A DNA stretch of 64,000 nt from Nitrosovibrio sp. Nv4 (GTDB taxonomy: Bacteria; Pseudomonadota; Gammaproteobacteria; Burkholderiales; SG8-39). Position numbers and translations under genes: made by a program. The notes below the pieces were generated by a model. That model made no database searches and was not told the origin of the DNA. It saw only the letters and a program-made list of their open reading frames with translations. Location of the stretch: positions 2,313 to 66,312 of the forward strand of contig CAMDRF010000002.1 in the NCBI GenBank assembly GCA_945906765.1, given 5' to 3'. This document shows, piece after piece, positions 27,742 through 37,131 of this stretch (positions are counted from its first letter, which is position 1; each line of letters starts with the position of its first letter).

Positions 27742-28584
27742 GTGAGAATCGAAACAGCGCGTACTCCGGCGTTCCTTCTGACCGGCTTTCTCGGCAGCGG
27801 CAAGACCACGCTGCTGAACGCCGCGCTGCGCGTCCCCGCCATGGCCAATACGGCGGTGGTGGTGAACGAACTGGGGGATATCGGCCTGGACAACCTGATC
27901 ATCGCGCAAGCCACCGACAACGTGGTACTGCTCGACGCGGGCTGCCTGTGCTGCGCGAACACCGGCGCGCTGCACGAAACGCTGGCCGACCTCGTCGGGC
28001 GGCGCGCACGTGGTGAGATTCCGCCCTTCAAGCGCGTGATCATCGAGACCAGCGGCGCCGCGGATCCTGTCCCGGTCGTTGCGTTCCTTAAAGAACTGAA
28101 TCCGGGCGCGGAATTCGTGGATTCGGTTGCAGACTCTTTTTCAGTTCATTCAGGTTACAAAAAGCCTTTTGCGCCGCTCGCTTCCCTCGGCCCGATCCGC
28201 AGCCGCGAGCACTTCTCCGGCATTCGCGCCTTCGCGTTCCGGCCGCCCGCGCCGGTCACGTGGGCCGGCTGGTCGGCGTGGTCGCGGCTGGTGGGGTCCG
28301 AATTCGGCGCGCGGCTGATCCGCGTCAAAGGGCTGTTGCACATGGAAGACGGCGGCGAGATCGCGTTCGTGCAGGGCGTGCAGGGAGTGTTCCACCCGCC
28401 GCAGCGCTTCCGCGAGTGGCCCGGCGGCGAAGGTGCGGGTGACCATGGCCACCGGCTCGTGTGCATCGCGCGCGACCTGCGCGAGCAGGACATCGCGGCG
28501 ACGCTGCCGGCACTCAATACACCGGCCGGCACCCAGGCCGTTTATTCGATGAAGGAACTCCAGGAAAGGCAGGCACAATCATGA
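27742..28584 (+). CDS. CobW/G3E-family P-loop GTPase-like protein with the central segment replaced (no NKxD/TKxD motif)
   Basis: GTG 27742, 280 aa. Walker A GFLGSGKTT, the metal motif GCLCC and IIETSGAADP are present. The 70 or so aa that normally carry the (N/T)KxD G4 motif are missing, and an AT-rich stretch (28085-28160) sits at that position. The C-terminal CobW_C-like part is retained. Confidence 0.65.
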   Translation: MRIETARTPAFLLTGFLGSGKTTLLNAALRVPAMANTAVVVNELGDIGLDNLIIAQATDNVVLLDAGCLCCANTGALHETLADLVGRRARGEIPPFKRVIIETSGAADPVPVVAFLKELNPGAEFVDSVADSFSVHSGYKKPFAPLASLGPIRSREHFSGIRAFAFRPPAPVTWAGWSAWSRLVGSEFGARLIRVKGLLHMEDGGEIAFVQGVQGVFHPPQRFREWPGGEGAGDHGHRLVCIARDLREQDIAATLPALNTPAGTQAVYSMKELQERQAQS

Positions 28585-29969
28585 GCGATTTTGTATTGCG
28601 CGGCGGGGAAGTGGTGTTTGCGGACCGCAAACCGGCGAAGCACGACATCCTGGTCGAGGCGGGCAAAATCAAGGCGCTGCTCGCACCCGGCGCGGCGGCC
28701 CCCGCCGGGATTGCCGAACAATCGGCGACCGGCCTGCATGTGTTTCCGGGACTTATCGACGCCCATGTCCATTTCGGCTTCGGCGAGAAGATCACGGAAT
28801 ACTCGACCGAGACGGCGTATGCCGCGCAGGGCGGCATCGCCACCATCCTCGGCTACTTCCTCAACAACGAGGCGTATGCCGATGTCTACAAGCGGGAGCA
28901 GGAGTATGCGCGCGCGCGCTGCCATGTCGACTACGGCTTTCATTTCAGCACCGCGAACGAACAGCACATCAAGGAACTCGGCAAATACGTGAGCGATTAC
29001 GGCGTCACCTCGTTCAAGTACTTCATGAACTTCAAGGGCGAGGAAGGCCGCTACCTCGGCCTGGACGGCACCGACGACGGTTTCTTCTGGGACCTGCTCG
29101 GCGAGTCCGCGCGCGTCGGCAGGCCGATCATCGTCTGCCATACCGAAAACATCGAGATCGTCAACCGCACGCGCGCCAGAGTGCAGGCGGCGGGCGGCAA
29201 GACGCTCAAGGACTGGTCCGCGTGCAAGCCCGCGGTCACCGAATCCGAACCCGCGCTGCGCGCCATGTATTTCGCCGAGCGCAGCGGCGCGCGCGTCTAC
29301 TTCCCGCACATTTCCTCGCGCCTCGCGCTGGACGAAGTGCGCAAATGGCGCAAGCGCTACGACCAGGTGTGGATCGAGACCTGCCCGCACTACCTGACGC
29401 ACACCGAGGATTCAGAGCTGGTGGGTATCGGCAAGGCGAACCCGCCGTTCCGCAGCAAGGACGATCAGGACGCGCTCTGGGAGGCGGTCGCCGACGGCAC
29501 CATCGACCTCATTGCCTCCGATCATTCGGCGCGCAAGCGCGCCACCAAGGACAAGCCGCTCTGGCTCGCCGCGCAGGGCTTCCCCGGCATCGCCGCCATC
29601 CTGCCGGTGATGCTCTCCGAGGGTTACCACAAGCGCAAGCTGCCGCTGCAGCGCATCTGCCAGCTGCTCGCGTCTGGTCCGGCGAAAATCTTCGACCTCG
29701 AACCGGTCAAAGGCCGCATTGCGCCGGGCTCCGATGCCGACTTCACCATCGTGGATCTGAACAAGGAGCGCAAATTCATCCCCGCAGAAATGGGCTCCGA
29801 GGCCGACTACAGCCTCTACGAGAACCAAGTGCTGAAGGGCTGGCCGGTGCGCACCGTCGTGCGCGGCGTCACCGTGATGGACAACGGCAGGATCGTCGGC
29901 CCTGGCGGCCACGGCACCTACCTGTGGCGCCGCATCGGACAACCGCCGATTCATGGCAAGCTGAGTTAG
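28581..29969 (+). CDS. cyclic amidohydrolase (dihydropyrimidinase/hydantoinase/dihydroorotase-like)
   Basis: ATG 28581 (ATGA overlap with the cobW-like stop), 462 aa. Metal ligands IDAHVHF, FKYFM (Lys), VCHTEN, FPHIS and ASDHS. Confidence 0.85.
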   Translation: MSDFVLRGGEVVFADRKPAKHDILVEAGKIKALLAPGAAAPAGIAEQSATGLHVFPGLIDAHVHFGFGEKITEYSTETAYAAQGGIATILGYFLNNEAYADVYKREQEYARARCHVDYGFHFSTANEQHIKELGKYVSDYGVTSFKYFMNFKGEEGRYLGLDGTDDGFFWDLLGESARVGRPIIVCHTENIEIVNRTRARVQAAGGKTLKDWSACKPAVTESEPALRAMYFAERSGARVYFPHISSRLALDEVRKWRKRYDQVWIETCPHYLTHTEDSELVGIGKANPPFRSKDDQDALWEAVADGTIDLIASDHSARKRATKDKPLWLAAQGFPGIAAILPVMLSEGYHKRKLPLQRICQLLASGPAKIFDLEPVKGRIAPGSDADFTIVDLNKERKFIPAEMGSEADYSLYENQVLKGWPVRTVVRGVTVMDNGRIVGPGGHGTYLWRRIGQPPIHGKLS

Positions 29970-29994
29970 CGCGGCAAGGCCGTTGGCGCTGGCC

Positions 29995-30016
29995 GAAGCC
30001 GCCCTCAGGCGGCTTC
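29995..30016. terminator. perfect 9-bp hairpin between convergent genes (possible bidirectional terminator, no U-tract)
   Basis: GAAGCCGCC-ctca-GGCGGCTTC lies between the stops at 29969 (+) and 30005 (-). The loop contains the minus-strand stop codon. Confidence 0.35.
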
Positions 30017-30997
30017 GTGGCTGCGCTCGATCTTGCGTTTGATGTGCTCGCCCGCGGTGATCGCCGGATAACGCGGCGTCTCGCCCGATTTGAGGCACGT
30101 CGGCACGCATTCGATGCGCTGGTCGTAATTGGGATGCACGAACATGCCGATCGACAGGCGCCGGCTCTGGGCCATCCCGAGCGGTGGATTGGCCACGCGG
30201 TGCAGCGTCGATGCCCAGCGCTCATTGGTCCAGCGCGCCATCATGTCGCCTAGGTTGACGACGAACTCTCCCGCCCGCGGCCTGATCGCCGACCAGCTGC
30301 CGTCGGGCAGCTGCACTTCGAGCCCGCCCTCGGCATCGGTCGCGGCGATGATCGTCATCGCGCCGTAGTCGGTATGCGCGCCGGTGCGAAGCTGGCCCGG
30401 TAGCGGCGGCTCGGTGAGCGCCGGATAGTGGTGGCAGGACAGGATGCTGAAATGGCGCGCGAGGGTGCCGCCGAAAAAATCCTCCGGCAACCTGAGCGCG
30501 GCGGCAAATACGCGCAGCATGTCGCCGGCGAGCCTTTCGTATTCGCGATACAGCGCCACCAGCGTGGCGTCGAGTCCGGCCGGTTCGGTCGGGATCAGGT
30601 TGGGCGCATAGCTGGTTGCGGCCTCCGGCATGCCCGCGTAGTGGCCGCGATGGTCGTCCACCGGGCCAAGGAACACGGTCTCCCTGAGATCCGGCGGCGT
30701 CTGCTGGCCCAGCGTGCCGGCAAGACCGCGGGTAGCGAAGCCGTGGTAGCCGCGCTGCTTGGCTGGGCCGGTCGGGTGCCAGCGGTTCTTGGTCGCGGTC
30801 GGCAGATCAAAGAAAGCGAACAGCTGGCGCGTGGCGCGCGCGAGCAGGTCCGCCGGAAAGCGGTGGCCGGAAATGATCAGGAAGCCGGTGCGCTCGCAGG
30901 TCTGCGCCACCTGCGTGGCAATCGCGCGCCGTGCCCCGGCATCGCCGTCGAGGAATGGGCCGATGTCGATCGTCGGGACGGCTGAGGGTAACGCCAT
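30005..30997 (-). CDS. 2-oxoglutarate/Fe(II)-dependent oxygenase (isopenicillin N synthase-like family)
   Basis: ATG 30997 (MALPSAVPTIDIGPFLDG..), 330 aa. HxD...H triad: GAHTDYGAMT and STLHRV. Confidence 0.85.
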   Translation of the reverse strand: MALPSAVPTIDIGPFLDGDAGARRAIATQVAQTCERTGFLIISGHRFPADLLARATRQLFAFFDLPTATKNRWHPTGPAKQRGYHGFATRGLAGTLGQQTPPDLRETVFLGPVDDHRGHYAGMPEAATSYAPNLIPTEPAGLDATLVALYREYERLAGDMLRVFAAALRLPEDFFGGTLARHFSILSCHHYPALTEPPLPGQLRTGAHTDYGAMTIIAATDAEGGLEVQLPDGSWSAIRPRAGEFVVNLGDMMARWTNERWASTLHRVANPPLGMAQSRRLSIGMFVHPNYDQRIECVPTCLKSGETPRYPAITAGEHIKRKIERSHEAA

Positions 30998-31016
30998 TGG
31001 TTCGTTTCTCCAGGGT

Positions 31017-31934
31017 TCAAGCGGCACGCGAAAGCTCGGGATCGACGACGTTTTCATAGGCGGGGTCGGTACGGATCAGGCCGCCGGATATCAATGCCGC
31101 CTTGAGCCGCAGGTAGGGCGCGGGGGGCAGATCCGGTTGCCGCGCCCACAGGCCGGCGGCGCGGTAGGCGCCGATGATGCGCACCAGCGCCTCGCGCGAG
31201 AGTTCCGGCAGGAACGGCGCGACGGCGTCGGCCACTGCGCCCGGGGTCGCCGCAAACAGCGCGGCCTGCGCGCGCGCCATGCCGTGCACCAGTCGATGGC
31301 AGGCGTCGCGCCGGGCGCGCGTGACGCGGCGCATCGCGTAAAACGTGGTGTAGGCAATGTCGCCGCGCTCGGTAAAGCGATGCCAGACATGGCCGCGGCC
31401 TTCGCGCACCAGGCGGTCGGCGTGGGGCTCGAAGACCTGCACCACGTCCAGCGCGCCGCGCAGGAATGCCTGCAGGTTGCGCGCCATCGGGCGGATGCGG
31501 TTCCCGGCAATCGCCGCGGGGTCTAGCCCCGCGCGCTGCAGATCGTCCTGGAACGTCATCCACGGCGTCGGCACGTCGCCCGCCGGCCCCACGCGCAGGC
31601 CGGCGAGATCGCGCCAGCGGAATCCCGGTTTGCGCCCGCGGCCGACGAGCAGGAACGGATCGCGCGACACGACCTGAGCGAAGCAGACCAGCGGGCAGTC
31701 CGGATCGGCGTCGTGGTGCAGCATCACCCGCATCGGCCCGCCCCAGGACACGTCCACGCTGCCATCGAGCAGTTTGGTCGCCGTCTGCGCCGTGCTCGGC
31801 GAGACCACATGGGTGATATCCAGTCCTTCGCTGCGCCAGAAATCCCCTGCGAGGGCGAGGTAGAACGGAACGTAGGGAACGGCGCGCATGTTCTCGCACA
31901 GCGTCAGCCGCCGCTGCTGGGAACCGGTGCCGCG
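31017..31934 (-). CDS. NMT1/THI5-like (SsuA/TauA-fold) periplasmic-binding-fold protein without signal peptide
   Basis: The start is uncertain: GTG 31934 (SD-like AGGA 7 nt upstream) or ATG 31889. The segment ..AVPYVPFYLALAGDFWRSEGLDI..LLDGSVDVSWGG is typical of the fold. No hydrophobic leader is seen. Confidence 0.6.
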   Translation of the reverse strand, partial: RGTGSQQRRLTLCENMRAVPYVPFYLALAGDFWRSEGLDITHVVSPSTAQTATKLLDGSVDVSWGGPMRVMLHHDADPDCPLVCFAQVVSRDPFLLVGRGRKPGFRWRDLAGLRVGPAGDVPTPWMTFQDDLQRAGLDPAAIAGNRIRPMARNLQAFLRGALDVVQVFEPHADRLVREGRGHVWHRFTERGDIAYTTFYAMRRVTRARRDACHRLVHGMARAQAALFAATPGAVADAVAPFLPELSREALVRIIGAYRAAGLWARQPDLPPAPYLRLKAALISGGLIRTDPAYENVVDPELSRAA

Positions 31935-31957
31935 CACTGGGATTCCTGGCCTGCCTA

Positions 31958-32815
31958 CTAACGCTTGAGCAGAAACCGGCTCGCCGCCCTGGCGATATCC
32001 GCTGCGCGTGCGTCCGTCGCGTCGAAGCCCGCGCCCTTCAGCGTCACCAGTTCGCCGCGCTTGAGCAGCCTGACCATCTTCGGCCCCTGGGCGCCGAGGT
32101 GCGCCTCCTCGGGAACGCGGCACTCGATCACCAGGGCCGGCAGCTTGACGCGGCGCACCGTGGCCGACAGATCGAAGCCGAAATTCATGCCGTAGATTTG
32201 CTTGATGCTGCGGCGGCACTCGATCATCTCGATCGTGCGCAATTCCTGCCGGCGCAGCGCCTCGTCCTTGATCCTGCGCCCGGTCATGACCGCCGGGTCC
32301 CACCAGATGCCGGCAAGACTGTGGTAGTCGGCCGCCCACGCGCGCATGAGGTGACTGCCGTCCGGACTCTCGCGATAGGCGGTCATGTACTTCTTGACGA
32401 TATTCATGATCGCCGCATCGCGATCCTTGCGCGACACCACGAGGCTGTGGGTCATGCCGATGAGAACGGCTTTACCGACCCTGTCCGGATACGCGGCGGC
32501 CATCGCGGCGGCAATCTTGTTGCCGGTGTGAAAGCCGAGGACGTGGGCCCGCTTGATTCCCTGCGCATCGAGGAAATGGATCATGTTGCGGGCGAGATCT
32601 TCCATCTTCGCCTTCGCGGGGAGCGGGTCGGAGCCGCCGAAGCCCAGAGTGTCGGGCGCGACACAGCGGAACTTGCCGCCGAGCTGGCGCATGATGGGCG
32701 CGAAGCTGCGTGCGGAGCGCGGCGTCTCATGCAGCAGCAGCAGCAGCGGCTCGCCCCGGCCGTGGATGTAGTAATGGATCTGCCCCTCCGGCGTGTCCGC
32801 GTAGCCGCGCTTCAT
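31958..32815 (-). CDS. alpha/beta-fold hydrolase
   Basis: 285 aa. Oxyanion LLLLHETP and nucleophile elbow GFHTGN. ATGA overlap with the upstream gene. Confidence 0.75.
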   Translation of the reverse strand: MKRGYADTPEGQIHYYIHGRGEPLLLLLHETPRSARSFAPIMRQLGGKFRCVAPDTLGFGGSDPLPAKAKMEDLARNMIHFLDAQGIKRAHVLGFHTGNKIAAAMAAAYPDRVGKAVLIGMTHSLVVSRKDRDAAIMNIVKKYMTAYRESPDGSHLMRAWAADYHSLAGIWWDPAVMTGRRIKDEALRRQELRTIEMIECRRSIKQIYGMNFGFDLSATVRRVKLPALVIECRVPEEAHLGAQGPKMVRLLKRGELVTLKGAGFDATDARAADIARAASRFLLKR

Positions 32816-33705
32816 GATCCGGGAACCGTGCCTTTCGGCAGGTTCATGCAGTAGGTGGCGATTTCACCCGGCGTCGTGAGCCAGATGTCATTGCGGTGAT
32901 CCATGATGTGCTTGATCGCCTCGCGCAGCGGCCGCAGGCGGAATGGCTGACCGACGATGAAGCCGTGCAGCACGATGCCGCAAACCAGCGGCTGCTTGCG
33001 CGATTGCTCCAGCATCTCGTCGAACTGGTCGATGACCATCTCCTTGAACTCGCGCGCAGAGTGGTTGCGAGACACCATCGCCGGGGAATCGTTGATCTCA
33101 AGCGGATAGGGCACCTGAAGGATCGGGCCCGAACGCGTCCGGAACCAGAACGGCTGGTCGTCGCAGGGCCAGTCGAGCAGGTATTCGTAACCGGCCTCCT
33201 TGAGCAGATCGGCCGTGACGTAGGTCTCGGTCATCCAGGGCCCCATCCAGCCGCGCGGGGCTTTTCCCGCAATCCGCTTGAGCGAGGCGGTGCAGTCCTC
33301 GATCAGGCGTTTCTCATCCTCCTCCCACATGCCGCTCTGCCGTTCCGAGTTGGTGCGGCCATGGCCGATCAGTTCGTCGCCGCGCTTCTTGATCCGCTCG
33401 AAGATTTCGGGATGGTATTCAAGCGCCGTCGAGTTGGTGTTATGGGACATGGGCGCGTGGAATTCGTCCATCATGTCGAAAAGGCGCCACAGTCCGACGC
33501 GATTGCCGTAATCGCGCCAGGCGTAGTTGCGATGGTTGGGCGGCGGTTGCTCCGCGGCGCTGGAGGGCCCCAGGCCAGCGCCGAACGCGAAGTACTCGAT
33601 GTTGTTGCCGAAGTAGACCGCCAGCCGCTTGCCGCCCGGCCAGGAATAGTCCGGCCGCCGGTCGATGGGAATGTAGTCAAAACGCGTGTGAGTGGGAAGC
33701 TTCAT
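32812..33705 (-). CDS. polysaccharide deacetylase-family (PuuE-like) hydrolase
   Basis: 297 aa. Overall pattern of the divergent deacetylase/allantoinase PuuE family (..YSWPGGKRLAVYF.., ..LIGHGRTN..). Confidence 0.65.
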   Translation of the reverse strand: MKLPTHTRFDYIPIDRRPDYSWPGGKRLAVYFGNNIEYFAFGAGLGPSSAAEQPPPNHRNYAWRDYGNRVGLWRLFDMMDEFHAPMSHNTNSTALEYHPEIFERIKKRGDELIGHGRTNSERQSGMWEEDEKRLIEDCTASLKRIAGKAPRGWMGPWMTETYVTADLLKEAGYEYLLDWPCDDQPFWFRTRSGPILQVPYPLEINDSPAMVSRNHSAREFKEMVIDQFDEMLEQSRKQPLVCGIVLHGFIVGQPFRLRPLREAIKHIMDHRNDIWLTTPGEIATYCMNLPKGTVPGS

Positions 33706-33756
33706 TGTTTTTCCTTGCTGGGTGGATCGGCGACGAATTGAAGCGGAACTGGAGCG

Positions 33757-35160
33757 CTAGGTTTTGATCAACGTCGCCGCAGCCTCCCCCGCGAGGCGCC
33801 CCATGTTGGTCGCCGCCATCAGGCCCGAGCCCGACAGGTAGCCCCAATCGGCCGGACCGGACAGGCCGCGCGCCGCGCCGCCGCCGGCAAAGAGGTTCGG
33901 GAACGGCTTGCCGTCCTCGCGCAGCACGCGCATTTCCCTGTTCACTTCCAGCCCGCCCTGCGTGTGCGTGAGCGCGCCCATGATCTTCGACATGCAGTAG
34001 GGCGCCTGCAGGTCGGGCTTGCCGCCGAAGTCGCGGCCGAACTCGTCCCTCTTCTCGCCGCGCACGATCGCCGCGACGTCCGCGAAGGTCTGCGCCAGCG
34101 CCCCCGCGTCGCAGCCGATGGCGCGCGCCATGGCCTCGGCCGAGTCGTAGTGCCTGATCGCCCCGGTCTCGTTCGCCTGCATGTGGCTGTGCTGCCGGTT
34201 GGCGATGTGCTCGCAGCGCTCGTCCCAGATTCCCCAGGCCACGTTGCCGGGCTGGCGCTGGACGTTCAGCGCCTGCTCCGAGTAGCCGGCGTTCTCGTTC
34301 GAGAAGCGCTGGCCGTGCTGGTTGACGTGGAAGCCGCCTTCGGTGACCGTGCCCCAGCCCAGGTGCATGCCGTGCGGCGAGCAGACCGCGCCGTGCCCCT
34401 GGAACGAGCCCAGGTCCTTGATCGAGGCGCCGAGTTCCTCGCCCCAGCGCACCGCGTCGCCCTGGTTGCCGACATGCCCTTCGTAGAAGAGATCGACGGC
34501 ATCGGGAATGTGTTTCTTGAGCATGTCCTTGTTGCCGCCGAAGCCGTTGCAGGCGAGGATCAGCGCACCGCAGCCGATCTCCTCGAGCGCGCCATCGGGC
34601 CGCCGCACGCGTACGCCGAGGATGCGTCCCGCGCCGTCGGCGTACAGATCGGTCACGTGCGCGGAGGTGGCGATCGGGATGCCTTCGGCTTCCACTGCCG
34701 CGACAAGCACGGCGTGCAGTTCCGCGCCATAGCGCGAGGGCGACGCATGCATGTGCGGCCGGCTGTGGCCGGGATACTGGAAGTCGAGGACGCACGACAG
34801 CGGCAGCTTGTAGCGCTCGACCAGCCATTCCACGGTGTTCTTCGCCTCGTCGGCGATGCGGCGCGCGATTTCGTGGTCGCATTCGCCGTGCGACTTGGCG
34901 AGGATGTCCTGGTACAGGAGCTCCGGCGTGTCGTCGAGCAGGCCCGCGGCCTTCTGCAGCTTGGTTCCCGCCGCCGGGATCTGCCCGCCCGAGAGTGAGG
35001 TGTTGCCCGAGGGTTTCGCGTCGCGCTCGAGGATGAGCACGTCCGTGCCGCGCTCGTTCGCGGCCAACGCAGCAATGGTGCCGCAGGCGCCCGCGCCGAT
35101 GATGAGTACCGGCACCTGGGTAGGAAACGATTTCCCGCCAACCTTCAGTACCGGCATCAC
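33757..35160 (-). CDS. FAD-binding fumarate-reductase/KstD-like flavoprotein dehydrogenase
   Basis: 467 aa. Dinucleotide motif VLIIGAGACGTIAALAA and C-terminal FAD motif NLFAGGGAARG. Confidence 0.8.
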   Translation of the reverse strand: MMPVLKVGGKSFPTQVPVLIIGAGACGTIAALAANERGTDVLILERDAKPSGNTSLSGGQIPAAGTKLQKAAGLLDDTPELLYQDILAKSHGECDHEIARRIADEAKNTVEWLVERYKLPLSCVLDFQYPGHSRPHMHASPSRYGAELHAVLVAAVEAEGIPIATSAHVTDLYADGAGRILGVRVRRPDGALEEIGCGALILACNGFGGNKDMLKKHIPDAVDLFYEGHVGNQGDAVRWGEELGASIKDLGSFQGHGAVCSPHGMHLGWGTVTEGGFHVNQHGQRFSNENAGYSEQALNVQRQPGNVAWGIWDERCEHIANRQHSHMQANETGAIRHYDSAEAMARAIGCDAGALAQTFADVAAIVRGEKRDEFGRDFGGKPDLQAPYCMSKIMGALTHTQGGLEVNREMRVLREDGKPFPNLFAGGGAARGLSGPADWGYLSGSGLMAATNMGRLAGEAAATLIKT

Positions 35161-35184
35161 AATTTCCTGGAAGTTTTCCCCACG

Positions 35185-36504
35185 CTACGGCGACATGAGG
35201 TTGGGCAACCACAGGATCATCTCCGGAAAGGCGACGTAGAGTCCCAGGGAGAGGAAGTCAAGGGCGATGAAGGGCACCACCCCGGTGAAGACCTGGCCGA
35301 GCGTGACCGGAACCGGTGATGAACTCTTCACCACGAAGACGTTCAGTCCCACCGGCGGCGTGAGCACGCCGATTTCGGCGAGCTTGACGGAGACCACGCC
35401 CAGCCAGATCGGATCGAAGCCCTGCGCTTTCATCACCGGGTACATGATCGGCAGGGTCATCACCATGATCGCGATCGGCTCGATGAAACAGCCGAGAATG
35501 GTGAAGAGCACCACGTACCCCACCAGGTAGGTGTACTTGCCGGTGCCGAGGGAGAGCAGTCCCTCCGAGATTATCGTCACCAGCCCGGAATAGGTGAGGA
35601 AACGCGCGAACAGCATCCCGCCCACCACGATGATGAAAATCACCGAGGTGGTGACGGCCGCTTCCTTGAGGACTTCGACCAGGGTGCCCATGCCGAGCCG
35701 GCGCTTGACGAGGGCGATGAGGAAGGCGCCGAAGGCGCCCACCGCCCCCGCGTAGGTGGCCGGGAAATAGCCGCCATAGATCCCGCCCACCACGATGAAG
35801 AAGAGGACCGCGATCCCGGTTACGCCGTAGAGCGACTTCCACCGCTCGCCCCAGGTAATGCTGATCTTGGCCAGCGGCGCGAGGTCCGGCCGGAAACGGG
35901 CGATCAGGTAGATCCCGCTGCAGTAGATGAGCGCCGTGACGATGCCCGGAATGATGCCGGCGATGAGCAGCTTGCCGATGGACTGCTCGGTGATGACCCC
36001 GTAGATGACCATCAGGATGCTGGGTGGGATCAGGGCGGCCAGGGTTCCCGCCGCGGCGATGCAGCCCGAACTCAGGCGCACGTCGTAGCCGAAGCGGGTC
36101 ATCTCCGGCATCGCCATCTTCGTGAACACGGCGGCGTTGACGATGGTGGAGCCGGAGGCCGCACCGAAGGCCGCCGAGGACATGACGGTGGCCATCGCGA
36201 GTCCGCCGCGCAGGTTGCCGAGCCAGAGATAGGCGGTGCGGAACAGTTCGGTGACGATCCCGGCCGCGGTGGCGAAGGAGCCCATCAAGATGAACAGCGG
36301 GATCACCGCCAGGGTGAAGGAGTTGGTGGTGCTGAAGGGGATCGCGGCGAGCTGCGCGAAGGCCGCGTCCGGTCCCACCGTGAGAAAGATGCCGAGGAAT
36401 CCGGACAGGCCGAGGGCGACACCGATGTGCGCGCCGAGAGCGAGCCAGATGAGCAGCTGCCCTATGACGATGTAGCCGGCAACCTCGGGGGTAAGTAAGG
36501 GCAT
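35185..36504 (-). CDS. dctM: TRAP transporter large permease (DctM family)
   Basis: 439 aa and polytopic. Follows the small permease gene by 9 nt. Confidence 0.88.
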   Translation of the reverse strand: MPLLTPEVAGYIVIGQLLIWLALGAHIGVALGLSGFLGIFLTVGPDAAFAQLAAIPFSTTNSFTLAVIPLFILMGSFATAAGIVTELFRTAYLWLGNLRGGLAMATVMSSAAFGAASGSTIVNAAVFTKMAMPEMTRFGYDVRLSSGCIAAAGTLAALIPPSILMVIYGVITEQSIGKLLIAGIIPGIVTALIYCSGIYLIARFRPDLAPLAKISITWGERWKSLYGVTGIAVLFFIVVGGIYGGYFPATYAGAVGAFGAFLIALVKRRLGMGTLVEVLKEAAVTTSVIFIIVVGGMLFARFLTYSGLVTIISEGLLSLGTGKYTYLVGYVVLFTILGCFIEPIAIMVMTLPIMYPVMKAQGFDPIWLGVVSVKLAEIGVLTPPVGLNVFVVKSSSPVPVTLGQVFTGVVPFIALDFLSLGLYVAFPEMILWLPNLMSP

Positions 36505-36513
36505 GGGCTTCTC

Positions 36514-37053
36514 TTAGCTGACTTTCGCCGTATCGGCCGGTGCGTGCGCCTGCGGAGGTCCTTCGCCGCGCCACATGCGCCCCGTGTCCGAAATGACGTC
36601 AAGCGCGAGCTGTACGATCAGCAGCGCGGTACCTGCGGTCAGGAGGAGGCGTGCCGGATAGAGGGGGAAGCGAATGGCGCCCATGGTCGCCTCGCGCATC
36701 TCCCAGCTGTAGCTGAGCTCACCGATGCTTTTCCAGCCGAGCAGCGCGAAGAACACGAACGCGAGAATGTGCGTCACCGCGTCCATGAACGACTTTACCC
36801 GCGGGCTCATGTAGCCGTGCAGGAGCTCGACGCGGATATGGCCGCGCCGCTCCTGGGTGTAGGCGAGCGCACCGAAGACGATGAGCACCATGGTGCTCTC
36901 GGTGATCTCGAGCGTTCCGGGTACCGGCCAGCCGAAGAAATTGGTCCCCGTCACATCGGCGACGCAGATGAACATCGAGAGCATCATGCCTACGGAGCCC
37001 AACAGCACCATGCCCACCGCGAGGCGCTGCACCTTCTCGCTAATCCACCGCAC
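36514..37053 (-). CDS. dctQ: TRAP transporter small permease (DctQ family)
   Basis: 179 aa with 4 TM segments, positioned between dctP and dctM. Confidence 0.8.
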   Translation of the reverse strand: MRWISEKVQRLAVGMVLLGSVGMMLSMFICVADVTGTNFFGWPVPGTLEITESTMVLIVFGALAYTQERRGHIRVELLHGYMSPRVKSFMDAVTHILAFVFFALLGWKSIGELSYSWEMREATMGAIRFPLYPARLLLTAGTALLIVQLALDVISDTGRMWRGEGPPQAHAPADTAKVS

Positions 37054-37131
37054 GCGTTCCTCTCCTGGGGCTCAGGGATCAAACGATCCGCGCCCGGAAG
37101 GACCGGGCGCGGGATTGTTCCTTACTAATTA

